The notes under the pieces were generated by a model. It was given only the letters and a program-made list of their open reading frames with translations. It had not been told where the DNA came from and did not search any database. 64,000 nucleotides of DNA, taken from IMG/VR virus record IMGVR_UViG_3300032030_002802, positions 32,001 through 96,000 of that record; one strand, given 5' to 3'. Below are positions 41,210-51,367 of this stretch, in pieces (the first letter of the stretch is position 1; the number at the start of each line of letters is the position of its first letter). The DNA is from a virus. Its lineage: Duplodnaviria > Caudoviricetes. The translations under genes were made by a program, and so were the position numbers.

Positions 41210-43507
41210 TTCGCTCTCCTTTAGATTCCGCCAACGATTTCCCGGATCTCGTCGATGCACGCCGAGGGCTCGAAGCCCTCGTCGTATTCCGGGTTGGGGT
41301 TGCCGTCGTCGTCAGCCTCGAAGTAGCGGCGCAGCACGGCCTTGATCCTGTTCTTGAGCCCGTTGTAGTCCAGCTCCTCGGTGTAGTCGGTGGTTTCAGG
41401 CATCTTTCGCCTCCTTTTTGTCCGCCTCCGCCGTTATTGACTCGGGCGCGACGGCGTTGTTCAGTATCTCCGCGAGCTTGTCGGAGGGGAACCCGGACGG
41501 TATCTGGCGAAGCTTGTGCCCGCAGTGCGCGCAGTACACGGGGTCTTCCGCGACGCCGCGCACCTCTATTTTCCTGATCTCCGTCCCGCAGTGCGAGCAT
41601 GCCCGTATCATTCCGACCCCGGAGCCCTGCGCGATCTTTATCCCCGTGTACGTCATTGTTCTCTCTCCTGGGCGGCCCAGTCGGACGTACCGGCGAGCTC
41701 GCGCTTCGGGTTGTCGATGTCGTAGCAGGTCGCGATCGCCTCCTCGGCGTTAGGCGCCTCCACCGTCGCGGAGCAGTCGTATCGCTCCGTCCACGTCACT
41801 TTGAATTTTGCCATTTTCGTTATCCTTCATGGTAGACTGTGAAGTCCCCGATGTCCCGCTCGAACTCGTCCATCGGTATCAGCGCCCCGCTCTCGTCTGT
41901 CACGTAGTCGATCTCCACGTGGCCGTCGCTGTCGTTGCCCCAGCCGAGCGCCGGCCATTTCCGGCACTCGTCTGGAAGGCACGTCTGTATGTCGCCCCAG
42001 TGCTCCGGGCAGGCTAGGTCCACCGGGATGCGCCTTCCGTCGACCAGGTGCAGGACGCACGCGTACGGCGCCCTGGCCTGCCTGAACGTGACGCTCATCG
42101 ACTGGGACGGGTAGGCCACGATCTCTGCCGTGTGGCTCCCCAGCCTCCTGGCGACACGCACGAGGGCGTCGTCCCAGAGGACCAGGGTGTGCTCGTCGCT
42201 TATGTGGTCCATGGCTAGAACTTCGGGTCGTAGGCCGGGTTCGGGTTCTCGAGGACCACCCTCGAGTAGTGCGTGAGGACGACCTTGTGCCCTTTTGGGC
42301 TGGCGGGGTCCTTGACCCAGAGCTGGACCGAGTCCGAGTTCTCATAGTCCATCCACGCCACCACCTCGTACACCACGTTCGAGCTTCCGTACATCACGGT
42401 CGCCCTCGTGAACGTGTGGTTCCGGTCCAGCATCGCGCACCGGTTGGACTCCCACCAGTCGCCGGCGCATCCGGCGAGCGCGACCAGGGCGGCAGCCGCG
42501 AGGAGGAGGAAAGCCGCAAGCGCTACGGCGGACTTTGGGGTTTTCTTCATCTTGCCTTCCTTTTTCTTTTGGGTTTTGTTGCCGTCACCAGCGTTCCGGG
42601 TGCGCGAACAGCGTCCGCACGGCGTCGGCCAGCTCGCCGAAGCCGGCGTACCGGTTGTACCCGCCCGTGTAGTCGTGGTCGTGCAGGGCCGTCCTGTACA
42701 GTACCTTGTCCGAGACCGACGCGTCGGCGCTGAAGTACACGAGCAGCCCGGACTTCGGGTCCCTGATGAACCCGCTCGAGCCAGTAAGCACGTTGTTGAG
42801 GCGTTCGTTGTGCGCGCGCACGAGCTCGTAGCCCGCCTTGCGCATGGCGTTTCGCATCTTGACGACGCCGACCGCTCCATTGTAGTACCCTTTCGGGTAG
42901 TCGCGGTCGACGTCGGTGTAGACTATCTCTTTCGGCATCTGTCACTTCTTCGTCTTCAGGATGTACCTCAGGAACGGCCATACCTGGCCGTCGTCCCGCC
43001 TCCTGGCCTCGGAATACAGCCAGCGCAGCTCGCCCGGCGCCAGCGTCCTGCAGTGCAGGAACGTGGACTTGAGCGCCGCGTACCGCCTGTTCGTCTCTTT
43101 TTCTCCTTTGCCTGCCATACCTGTCTCCTCCTGCTTCAGCATTTCACTCTAACATCTCGTGGGCCCAGTTCACGGGGTCTCTGCGGCTCAGAGGTCTAGC
43201 GGTATTTCCCCGCTAGCCCATTCGATCTCGTTGTACGCGTAGGTTCCGCCGAACAGGAAACCGGACTCCGTCCCGGGGGCCGGCGCACGGTACGCGTTGA
43301 AGTTCACGCCGTCGGAGTACGTGCCGCCGTCGTGGACGTGCCCGCCGGCGTCATTGTACTGGAAGTCGGGGCTCCTGAAGAACTCGAGCACCTTGTCCTT
43401 CGCGGCGGATCCTTCGGGGACGTCGATCGTCTTCTCTCCGCCCTCGAAGTCTCCGTATTTGGAGCCCCACATCCATTTTACGGTGATTTTTTTCATGCCT
43501 TGCCCTT

Positions 43508-44053
43508 TTACTCCTTCACTTTCTGGCCCCAGCGCTCGTAGACGTCGATGTCCACGCCGAGGCTGAAATACCTGTCCGGCCCGAGCGGTATGTGGATGTC
43601 GCCGAGCGTGTGATGGAACATGTACTTGGTCTCCTCGATCTCGTCCTTCGGCACGTGCAGCATGACCGCGTCGTGTATCTGGTTCTGGATCTCGAAGTGC
43701 ATGCCGTGCTCGGTCCGCCACGCCTGCATCCTGTCCATGGCGAGCTGCACCGCGTCGCTCACGGTCGACTGGATCGGGAAATTCGCGAAGTTCCGCTCGG
43801 CCCCGGCGTCGCGCTGGCCCCTGAGCAGGAACGGCGCCCGGCGTATGCGGCCGAACGGGTTCTTGATGTAGCCCGGGTCGTACACCTTCGCCATGCAGCT
43901 CTCGATGAACGCCCACGCGACCGGGTACTCCACCTCCTTCCAGGTCTTGATGACCTGGTCGAGCTGGGCCGCCAGCACGTCGATCGACTCGGCCGCCCCT
44001 GTTTCGGCCTTGACCTGTATCGCGGTGTCACGTCCGCCACGTCCGTAGAGAAT
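43508..44053 (-). CDS. polA: DNA polymerase family A, exon 3
   Basis: ILYGRG, GYIKNPFGRIRR, NFPIQST and motif C QIHDAV. Confidence 0.9.
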   Translation of the reverse strand: MLYGRGGRDTAIQVKAETGAAESIDVLAAQLDQVIKTWKEVEYPVAWAFIESCMAKVYDPGYIKNPFGRIRRAPFLLRGQRDAGAERNFANFPIQSTVSDAVQLAMDRMQAWRTEHGMHFEIQNQIHDAVMLHVPKDEIEETKYMFHHTLGDIHIPLGPDRYFSLGVDIDVYERWGQKVKE

Positions 44054-44256
44054 CAAGTTGTTAGCGCGTCGGCTTTTTATCCGGCGCTTCTCATGGTTGC
44101 CCATGAGTTCGGCATATCTTTTGGGGTGCGGCAACACCCCTCGCGGCCTCGTGGGAGGATTATTCCGCCTCCTATGCTCTGCCCCTGGCCCGAAGGCCTT
44201 CGGGTCTGATCGCCCCGCGCGTCGCCGCACGGGGGTTCCAGGTTTTCTCCGCGATT

Positions 44257-45138
44257 TCACTTCGGCATCTCTCTACGGTCGGGCACGCTCTGGCCTATGA
44301 AGTCCGCCGGATTCAGGCGTGCTGATACAATGGCATTATAGCAGCCACGGCACAGCATGGAGACGTTCGGGTCGAACGCCTTCTTCCGGCCATCCCCGCT
44401 CCATACCGTCACGAGCCTGTCCTTGTCAGGGACATGCCCGCAGTTGGCACAGCGACACCCGCAGTTACGCAGCGCCGTGATAAGCACGTGCTGTTTCGCA
44501 TTGGTCCTGCTACGCATCGCCATTTCCGGAATACCGTGCTGTACTATGTAGATAGCACCCTCATAGTTCAGTACGGACTCGTCTATGTCGCCCTCTTCGT
44601 TCTCCAGTGACCGCAAGAAGGCTAGCCGGTCTTTGACCTCCTGGCTCAGCAGTATGTCTCCCGTCTTCCGTACCTCTTCAACTGTACTGCCGTGCCAACG
44701 GCTTCCGTGCATGCGCACGTGACACGCACGGCACAGCGGTATGATATTGGATGCCGCGTTGTTGTACGGGTTCTTGTCGAGATGATGCACGTCGCGCACG
44801 TTATCCGAGCCGCAGACAACGCAGCGATCCCCCCACAGCCGCCTGGCTATAGTACGGTATGTGGAGGAGGCGTAGCCGCGAAATACAACGCGGGATTCGT
44901 CCCCTCGGCCGACAATGTACTGGTGGTTGTTGTGCCCGAACTGTCCGCCACCCGTGCCTACGCCCGCCTGTACTTTCGGATTTACGCGAGCGCGCCATTG
45001 CATCTGCCGCCTCACGTTGAAGTCCAGCCGACACGCCGGACAGCACTTGGCATACTTGCCGTCTATGCCGAACACGCACCCGCAGAGCTGACACTCGCAT
45101 ACTTTGAGGAACTCCTCTAGTTTTGGGACTTGTTTCAT
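44257..45138 (-). CDS. Intron-encoded HNH homing endonuclease
   Basis: CVVCG...DVHHLDKNPYNNAASNIIPLCRACHVRMH plus extra Cys clusters; AGGAGG RBS; lower GC than flanks. Confidence 0.88.
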   Translation of the reverse strand: MKQVPKLEEFLKVCECQLCGCVFGIDGKYAKCCPACRLDFNVRRQMQWRARVNPKVQAGVGTGGGQFGHNNHQYIVGRGDESRVVFRGYASSTYRTIARRLWGDRCVVCGSDNVRDVHHLDKNPYNNAASNIIPLCRACHVRMHGSRWHGSTVEEVRKTGDILLSQEVKDRLAFLRSLENEEGDIDESVLNYEGAIYIVQHGIPEMAMRSRTNAKQHVLITALRNCGCRCANCGHVPDKDRLVTVWSGDGRKKAFDPNVSMLCRGCYNAIVSARLNPADFIGQSVPDRREMPK

Positions 45139-45160
45139 TCTAATACCTCCTGTCGCACGT

Positions 45161-45190
45161 AGTATAGCATAAATCAGGCTCGGAATGCAA
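45161..45190 (-). promoter_or_regulatory. Intron-internal promoter for the HNH gene
   Basis: TTGCAT-18 nt-TATACT with extended TG. Confidence 0.7.
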
Positions 45191-45230
45191 TAGAGTTTAC
45201 ATCCTTACGGATGAAATTCATCTTGTTATT

Positions 45231-45242
45231 ACCGAAGTTTAC
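45231..45242 (-). CDS. polA: DNA polymerase family A, 12-nt micro-exon (VNFG)
   Basis: GTA AAC TTC GGT lies between the terminal G of intron 1 and the start of intron 2. It completes RISGKN-VNFG-ILYG. Confidence 0.88.
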
Positions 45243-45494
45243 CATTGTGTTGATATGTCACGCTACTGACACACTGCCTTGCGGCACTCATGGTTTCCCA
45301 TGAGATCGGACCATATCATCCTCTCGTGTGAGAGGGAGCACTTCGGACGCGCTTGCGCCCTACTCCCTTACGGGATGGCCTCTGAACCTTCCACTACTGT
45401 GGGTCGGCTGCTGATTCCCATGCCTTACGGTTTAGGGTTCCAGCAGTTCACTTTCTTATTCGACAGGGGTCGCCCCCTGAAGGAACAATTTCTT
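45243..45494 (-). ncRNA. Group I intron 1 (252 nt, no ORF)
   Basis: P AACTGCTGGAA, Q AATCAGCAG, R GTTCAGAGGCCAT, S GATGATATGGTCC. P1 GAAGAAU/GUUCCUUC has the U-G pair. P9 is CTCATGG-GAAA-CCATGAG. Ends in G. Confidence 0.9.
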
Positions 45495-47753
45495 ATTCTT
45501 CCCTGATATGCGCGGGCCGGCCTTGTACTGGGCGTAGGTTAGCTCGTTGCCGTGAGCGTCCCTGAACACCAGGTGCTTCTGCCAGGTCTTGAACTCCTTG
45601 TTCTCTGCATCTCCGCCGTACTGGGTGCGCACGAGCTCGACCACGTCGTCCTCCGTCCACTCCTTGTTGTTTTCATCAAACATGTGGTAGCCGAAGGCCT
45701 TGGCGGAGATGCTCGTGTGCATGTCTCGCCCCGGCGTCCTGAGCATGTCGATCATGTGCGGGTCGCCAGACAGGCTTGCTATTGTGAATAGCTCGGCCTG
45801 TTGAAAGTCGGCCTCCATCATGACCATTCCCGGCGGCGGCACGACGATGGTCCGGATCAGCGGCGGCACGTTGTCCTTCCCGAAGATCTCGGCCATGAAG
45901 CCTTCCGCCTTTTTTGGCCAGTTCTGCGCGTTGGGCGAGCTGGACTTGAACCTGCTCGTGGTGCTCAGCTGCGACATGTGGCTGTGCAGCCGCCCGTCGG
46001 CCCACAGCTGGGCCTCCAGGCCGCGGTCGGCGTTCTTCGCGTCCTTGTGCCGGAGCCACGTCTTGACCGGCTGCTCCACGCGCCTGTACTGCAGGAGCGT
46101 GCGGACGAGCGGATGCGCGTCGCCCAGGATCTCCAGCGTCTGCTTGTCCGTCCCCGGCGACTCGTCGATGTCCTCGTCGAGCCCCCAGTTGCCGACCGCC
46201 TCCGCCCAGTCCTTCCCGGCCGTGGTCTTCACCGGCGCGAGCCCGAGCTTCCTGAACAGCAGCTCGCGCACCTGCGCCGACGAGCCGGGGTTGAAGTCCG
46301 GCATCCCGACGTTGGCGGCGCCGACCACGATCTGCGACAGCAGCTCGGCCTTCTTGGCCTGGAACGCGTCGATCAGCTCGTCGAGGCGCGCGCGGTCGAC
46401 CGGGAGCCCGGTGCGCTCTATCTCGTATATGACCCGCTGCGTGTTGAGCGTCGTCTGCAGCATCGACGGGTACTCGCCCCCGACGCCGCGCGGCTTCAGG
46501 TAGCCGATCCTCTCCAGCATCGGGAGCTGCGCGGCCATGATGTACCGCAGGCAGTCCACGTCCGCCGCGCCGTACGGCAGGAGTATGGAGTCGGGCACGT
46601 TGCCGAAGCCCAGCTTGCACTCCTTCCCGTGGCGCTTGACCCAGCACTCCAGCTCCGAGCAGTAGCGTCCGTAGGGTGCGTACTTCATCGCCGCCTCCTC
46701 CAGGCCGAACGGGCCGTCCTCGCAGAGGAGGTACTCGCCGAGCATCGTGTCGTACACGACGCGGGGGCGGATGTCGATGCCCTCCTCCAGCAGCCACTCG
46801 CCGTCCGATATGACGTTGTGCCCGACTATGCCGCAGCGCGGGTCCTCCAGCCACCGCTTCACGGCCGCGATCACGGCCTTCGTGTCGGGGTGCGACGGGA
46901 CCCCTCCGGCCTCGTGCAGCTTGACGATGGCGACCCGGCCCTTCGCGTACCCGATCTGTATGGTGCGTATGTACCTGCCCGGGTCGAGCCAGTTGCGGCC
47001 GTCCCATTCGCAGTCCAGGCACAGCAGCCCGTCAGCGACCCTCCGGCCGCCGACCATCGCCATCACCTGCTCGTGCACGAAGTCGACGTCCTCCGGGGTC
47101 GTCAGCACGTCGTACACAGGCCGGTGCGAGGCGTACGTCGCCTCCAGGTCCTCGCCGTCCGCGATGCGCTTCACGAGCCTGAGCTCGCGCACGGCCGAAT
47201 GCACGAGGACGTGCTGCGGGATGTCCTGCAGCTGGAGCCGGTCCTTGTACCCCTCGCCGCCGTTCATCATGACCTGGGCGAGGTTGTACGTCGGGAACAG
47301 CGTCCTGCCCTCCGCCGCGACCGGCTCGCCCCGGCAGCACGCGAACGGGCGCTCGCGGGCGTCCGCCACGGCGGCCCAGGCGTCCGCGCCGAACGCGACG
47401 ACGACCTTCGGGTTAACAGCCTCGATCTCCTCGCGCAGCATAGTCGCGCACAGGGCCTTGTCCCCGCTCGACGGCTTCCTGCCCGCACCGAACGGGAACT
47501 TCACGGCGTACGTGTAGTAGCACCGGCTCGGGCTGATGTCCGCGAGCCTAAGCAGCCACTGCAGGCACCGGCCGACGCGGTCGCCCAGCGGCCTGTTCGT
47601 CCGCTTGATCTCGTCCCCGGGCCAGCTGTCCACGAACACGATGTCCGCGTTCGGGCTTCCGACGCCGTTGTACCACCGCTTCCCAGCGATGTCGCGGTGC
47701 GGCTCGTCGAAGCGGTGGACCTCCGGCGCGGGCTGCTTGTCAGTCTTCGCCAT
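45495..47753 (-). CDS. polA: DNA polymerase family A, exon 1 (UDG-like domain, 3'-5' exonuclease, polymerase)
   Basis: GVGSPNADIVFV..EEIEAVNPKVVVAFG (UDG family 4-like). LDCEW, GHNVISD, YDTML and YGAADVD (exonuclease). RFKSSSPNAQN and motif A EADFQQAE. Confidence 0.93.
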
Positions 47754-47840
47754 GGCCCTCGTCCGCCCTGAGCTCGAGGCCGTTGACTGTCTTTGCGAGC
47801 GTCTTCGCTCCCTTGCGCCTCTCGGCGTTGCCTGCCTTGC

Positions 47841-48845
47841 TCATTGCTGCGTTCCTTTCGTTTCGTCTCGATGTTCTTCGGCGCCGCCGTCCGGCACCAC
47901 ATTTCCGGCCGCGTCCAGCGTGTACCACGTGTCAGGCCTGTACGTCCCGCCTATCTTGATCGACGCCCAGGCGACGACGTTCCCGTCGGCGTCCTCCAGC
48001 GCGATTGCCAGCATCGCGCCGAGGCCGCCCCTTATCCGCGGATGGCGCGACAGCACCGCGCCCACGCCGAAGTCGCCCACCGACACAGACCCGCGCGACG
48101 CCGCGACGCCGCGGTCGCCGGACTCCGCTACGGCGGACTTGCCCGCCGCGGCCATGCCGCAGCCGCCGGCCTTCGCGTGCCCGTACTCGCCGGCCATGGC
48201 GGTGCCGTGCTCGCCCGCCTCCGCCGCCCCGCAGTCGCCTGCCACCGCCGTGCCGCTCCGGCCGGCGACCGCGATCCCGAAGTCGCCTGTCTTCGCCGTG
48301 CCGGCGCCGGACGCCATCGCCGCCCCGTAGTCGCCGGCCATTGCGATGCCGCCGTAGCCGGCCGAGGCCGCGCCGCGCGCCGCGGCGACGGCCCTGCCGT
48401 GGAAGCCGGCGGTGGCGGCGCCACACGCGCCCGCGACGGCGAGGCCGCCCTCGCCCGCCGTGGCCGCGCACCTGTAGCCGCCTATGGCCGGGCTCCCGCA
48501 CTCGGTCGCGTTGCTGTGGGAGGTGCACGTCCTCCACACGTAATTGAGCGCGATCTCGCACATCCTGGGGAACTCGAGCGGCCCTCCGACGGTGATGCGC
48601 GCCGCCGCGACCTTGGTGTCGTCCCGCTTGGGGTTCGCGGCCCCGTCGATCTCGCCGCCGAGCGTCACGTGGTGGTACACGGAACGGTACGGCGGGTAGT
48701 ACCGCAGGCAGTCCACCGGGTTCTCGCAGGCGTGGAAGCCCGTCTTGCACGTCTCGGCCCTGTCCGTCTCGTACGTCCCGCCCTGGCTGTACGCGAACCC
48801 GCGGCACGTCAGCCCGTCGGCGTTGAATCCCTTGTATGCCTCCAT
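47841..48845 (-). CDS. Phage protein with YKGF..GFHAC N-terminal domain and 8-aa AxAGxxG repeats
   Basis: AYKGFNADGLTCRGFAY...CKTGFHACENPVDCLRYY followed by a run of (ATAGxxGx)-like repeats. Confidence 0.75.
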   Translation of the reverse strand: MEAYKGFNADGLTCRGFAYSQGGTYETDRAETCKTGFHACENPVDCLRYYPPYRSVYHHVTLGGEIDGAANPKRDDTKVAAARITVGGPLEFPRMCEIALNYVWRTCTSHSNATECGSPAIGGYRCAATAGEGGLAVAGACGAATAGFHGRAVAAARGAASAGYGGIAMAGDYGAAMASGAGTAKTGDFGIAVAGRSGTAVAGDCGAAEAGEHGTAMAGEYGHAKAGGCGMAAAGKSAVAESGDRGVAASRGSVSVGDFGVGAVLSRHPRIRGGLGAMLAIALEDADGNVVAWASIKIGGTYRPDTWYTLDAAGNVVPDGGAEEHRDETKGTQQ

Positions 48846-49707
48846 GTCGGTCTCCTTGTCGTCTTGTCTCCGTCCGGCGGTACGCGTCACCTGATCCCCC
48901 GCGCGAACTTCTCCTCCTGGACGCGTCTCCAGTATCCGGCGCGGAACCCTATCTGGTACGCCGTGGCGAGGGCTCCCACCACGATGAGCGCGGTGAGCAG
49001 TATCGCGAGCTCCGTCATCTCCCGCCTCCGCATCCGCCACGGCCGCATGGTTGTGACGGGCCGTCGATCGGCGACAGCATCCAGCCGGCGACGGCCCGGT
49101 ACCCGCAGACGCCAGAGGCGAGGTACGCCTCCAGGGCGTCGTTCGCGTCTTTCTCCACGTTGCCTGTGTTGAACCTGTCGCAGTTGCGCAGCCGGCCGGT
49201 CCTAGCCACGACGCGGTTCTTCAGGTCCCTGAGCCATTCGGTCGTCTCGCACCTTATGTCGGTGCCCTGCCCGTTCGACACGGAGTGGCTGACGTGGTGC
49301 AGGGCCGTCTTGAGCAGCGTCTCGTCCCGCTCCGTCCACGCCCCCTTGAGGACGGCCATCGCCTCCTTCGTGCGGTTCAGGGCGTTCACGACCCGCGCCC
49401 GGAGGTTGCACGTCAGCCACTCGAGGATCTCCTCCTTCGACGCGTCCTGCAGCCACCCGCTCGCCGGGTCCCCGTCCAGGCGTATCGTGGCGTCGTCTAT
49501 GCGCCCGAGCACCTGCTCGATCGCGCCCACCGGTTCTTCGCTCATTTCGGCTCTCCTTCCGTCTTCCGTTTGTCTCTCCCGGCGTCCCGCGTGTGGTCGA
49601 ACTCGACGTGGACGCCGTTCGACAGCGTCATGTCCAGTCTGACCACTATGACGTTCGGCATCCCCTCGAGCATAGCCTTGAGGGCGCCCACGGTGGTCCT
49701 GGAGTCC

Positions 49708-50097
49708 CTAATCACCATCTTCCGCGCCTCCGTATTCCTCTAGTTTCGCGGCCCGCTCCATGTATGGCCTGCAGATCTCGCACAGCTCGCGCAGGGTCTT
49801 CTCGTAGTTCCCGCTCGCTTCGCTGACGTACGCGTTCTCGGCCAGGTCCTGCGCGCACCAGTTTCCGATGCGGACGATCGCGGCGAACATCGCGTCGCGG
49901 TCCCTCTTCAGGGCTTTCGCCTTCTTGTCCGGAAGCTCCCTGTTGAGGTAGTTCCGCAGCTTTATCAGCCTGAAGGTCGCCTTGCGCGTGTCGATCCCGG
50001 CCCCCAGCGCGTCGGTCACGTCGGACAGGAGCTCCTGGCACCTGTCGATCTGCTTGCAGCGCCTGCGCTCGGTCTCAGTCGTGAAGTCGATCGGCAT
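49708..50097 (-). CDS. Hypothetical protein
   Basis: AGGAG RBS; partial duplicates lie immediately upstream. Confidence 0.65.
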   Translation of the reverse strand: MPIDFTTETERRRCKQIDRCQELLSDVTDALGAGIDTRKATFRLIKLRNYLNRELPDKKAKALKRDRDAMFAAIVRIGNWCAQDLAENAYVSEASGNYEKTLRELCEICRPYMERAAKLEEYGGAEDGD

Positions 50098-50707
50098 GAT
50101 GCTTTCTCCTCGCCCGGAATTTCGCCTTAAGCTCTCTTACTTTAGCTATGCGGCCTATATAGGGCCGGCACAGCTCGTTGATGTACTCGAGCGTGTACAC
50201 GCACTCGTCCTTCCGGCTTTTGCCGTTACGCGCCCGCTCTACGGCCTGTTGCGTGATTTTGCTGAGGCTTGAAAATTGCCTGAGCATTCCGTGCTGTTCT
50301 TCCAGGAGTACGCGAATGGCCTTCCTGATGAGATCCTGGTGTTCTTCTAGGGCCTCGACGTGCGCTCGGAGGAGTACGACCGTCTCCTCGTCAGCCTTCA
50401 CTGGTTTCTTCCCCATCTGCAGTCTCCGTCTTGATTTGCTTTTTCTCCTGCTTCTCGCGGGTCTCGGCGAGGATCAGCTCGCACCGGTCCATCTGCCTGC
50501 ACCGCCTTTCCCCGGTCTCTGTCATGAAGTCAATTCCCATTTCGGTCCTCCTAGTGTATGAGCCTGTCGTAGTCCTCTGCTGACAGGTTTTCGACCCACT
50601 TGCGCCCCTCGTCGAGGCGTTTCCGCCACGCAGGCGGGACGGGCCTGCCACGCCTCTCGTACCAGTCCGCCACAACGGCCGACTGTATCCAGTTGTTGAA
50701 CCCCTCG

Positions 50708-51367
50708 TCAAACGCGTCCACTCTGCTCCTCCTTCTGCGGTTCGCGGTCCCCGGCCCGCTCGTCATGTTCGTCCTGCTCGTCAGGCGGCCGCCTGTGCCA
50801 CAGGCGTATCACGCCCAGACGGTACAGCCTCGCGAGCTCCTCAACGAAGAGGTGCCGCCTGTACGGGGCGGCCCGGTCGTTCTTCCGCACCACTGCGAGC
50901 ATCTCGTCCGTGATGTACGTGGACGTGCGGAAGCGCTCCTCGACGTCGTATGCCTGCCTGAACCCGCCAAGCGAGTAGAACGACGCCTGGGCCATCTGGC
51001 ACTGGTCCCCGCCCTCCGTGTAGAACATGAAGTCGAACTCTCGCTCGAACTTCTCGTAGTTGTCCGCGCAGAACTTCTTGAGCCGGTCGTCCGCGAACGA
51101 CTCCGGGAGCACGAACGTGAGCCTGTGTATCCGCACGTCGTCGTGGAAGTGCGACTTCTTGAAGTCCGCTCGGAAGTCGCCCCATGAGCGCTTGATCTCG
51201 AACTCGTGCAGGTACCCCGAGCCGGACACCTGGATCAGGTCGCACTCGATGTTCCGGAAAAAGCCGAACGCCACGTTCGGGATCGATGTGTCGATCCTCG
51301 TGTGGCGGACGATCGCGTCCTGGATGTCCGCCACGCTCCACCTAGTCTCCAGTGCCTTACCGGCCAT
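50708..51367 (-). CDS. PD-(D/E)xK nuclease-like (MmcB-like) protein
   Basis: ECDLIQV...LHEFEIKRSWGDFRADFKK. Confidence 0.65.
   Translation of the reverse strand: MAGKALETRWSVADIQDAIVRHTRIDTSIPNVAFGFFRNIECDLIQVSGSGYLHEFEIKRSWGDFRADFKKSHFHDDVRIHRLTFVLPESFADDRLKKFCADNYEKFEREFDFMFYTEGGDQCQMAQASFYSLGGFRQAYDVEERFRTSTYITDEMLAVVRKNDRAAPYRRHLFVEELARLYRLGVIRLWHRRPPDEQDEHDERAGDREPQKEEQSGRV

Larger units (their letters stand above)
18617..43496 (-). other. Accessory region of dozens of small, coupled, mostly hypothetical phage genes
   Basis: Continuous minus-strand ORFs, mostly 60-350 aa, with GGAG RBS and ATGA overlaps (e.g. 19424-19957, 20177-20641, 22121-22615, 24531-25580, 28296-28658, 31624-32652, 34835-35506). 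Confidence 0.8.
44054..45230 (-). mobile_element. Group I intron 2 (1177 nt) carrying an HNH homing endonuclease
   Basis: Follows exon U and ends in G. R-like GCAGAGCATAG (44172-44182) and S-like AAGATATGCC (44111-44120) form P7. P9 is CTCATGG-GCAA-CCATGAG. Removal restores motif B. Confidence 0.88.

Noticed and set aside
44054-45494. PolA split as pseudogene, frameshift or intein
   Set aside because: In-frame stops exclude an intein. Group I core elements and exact restoration of motif B indicate splicing.
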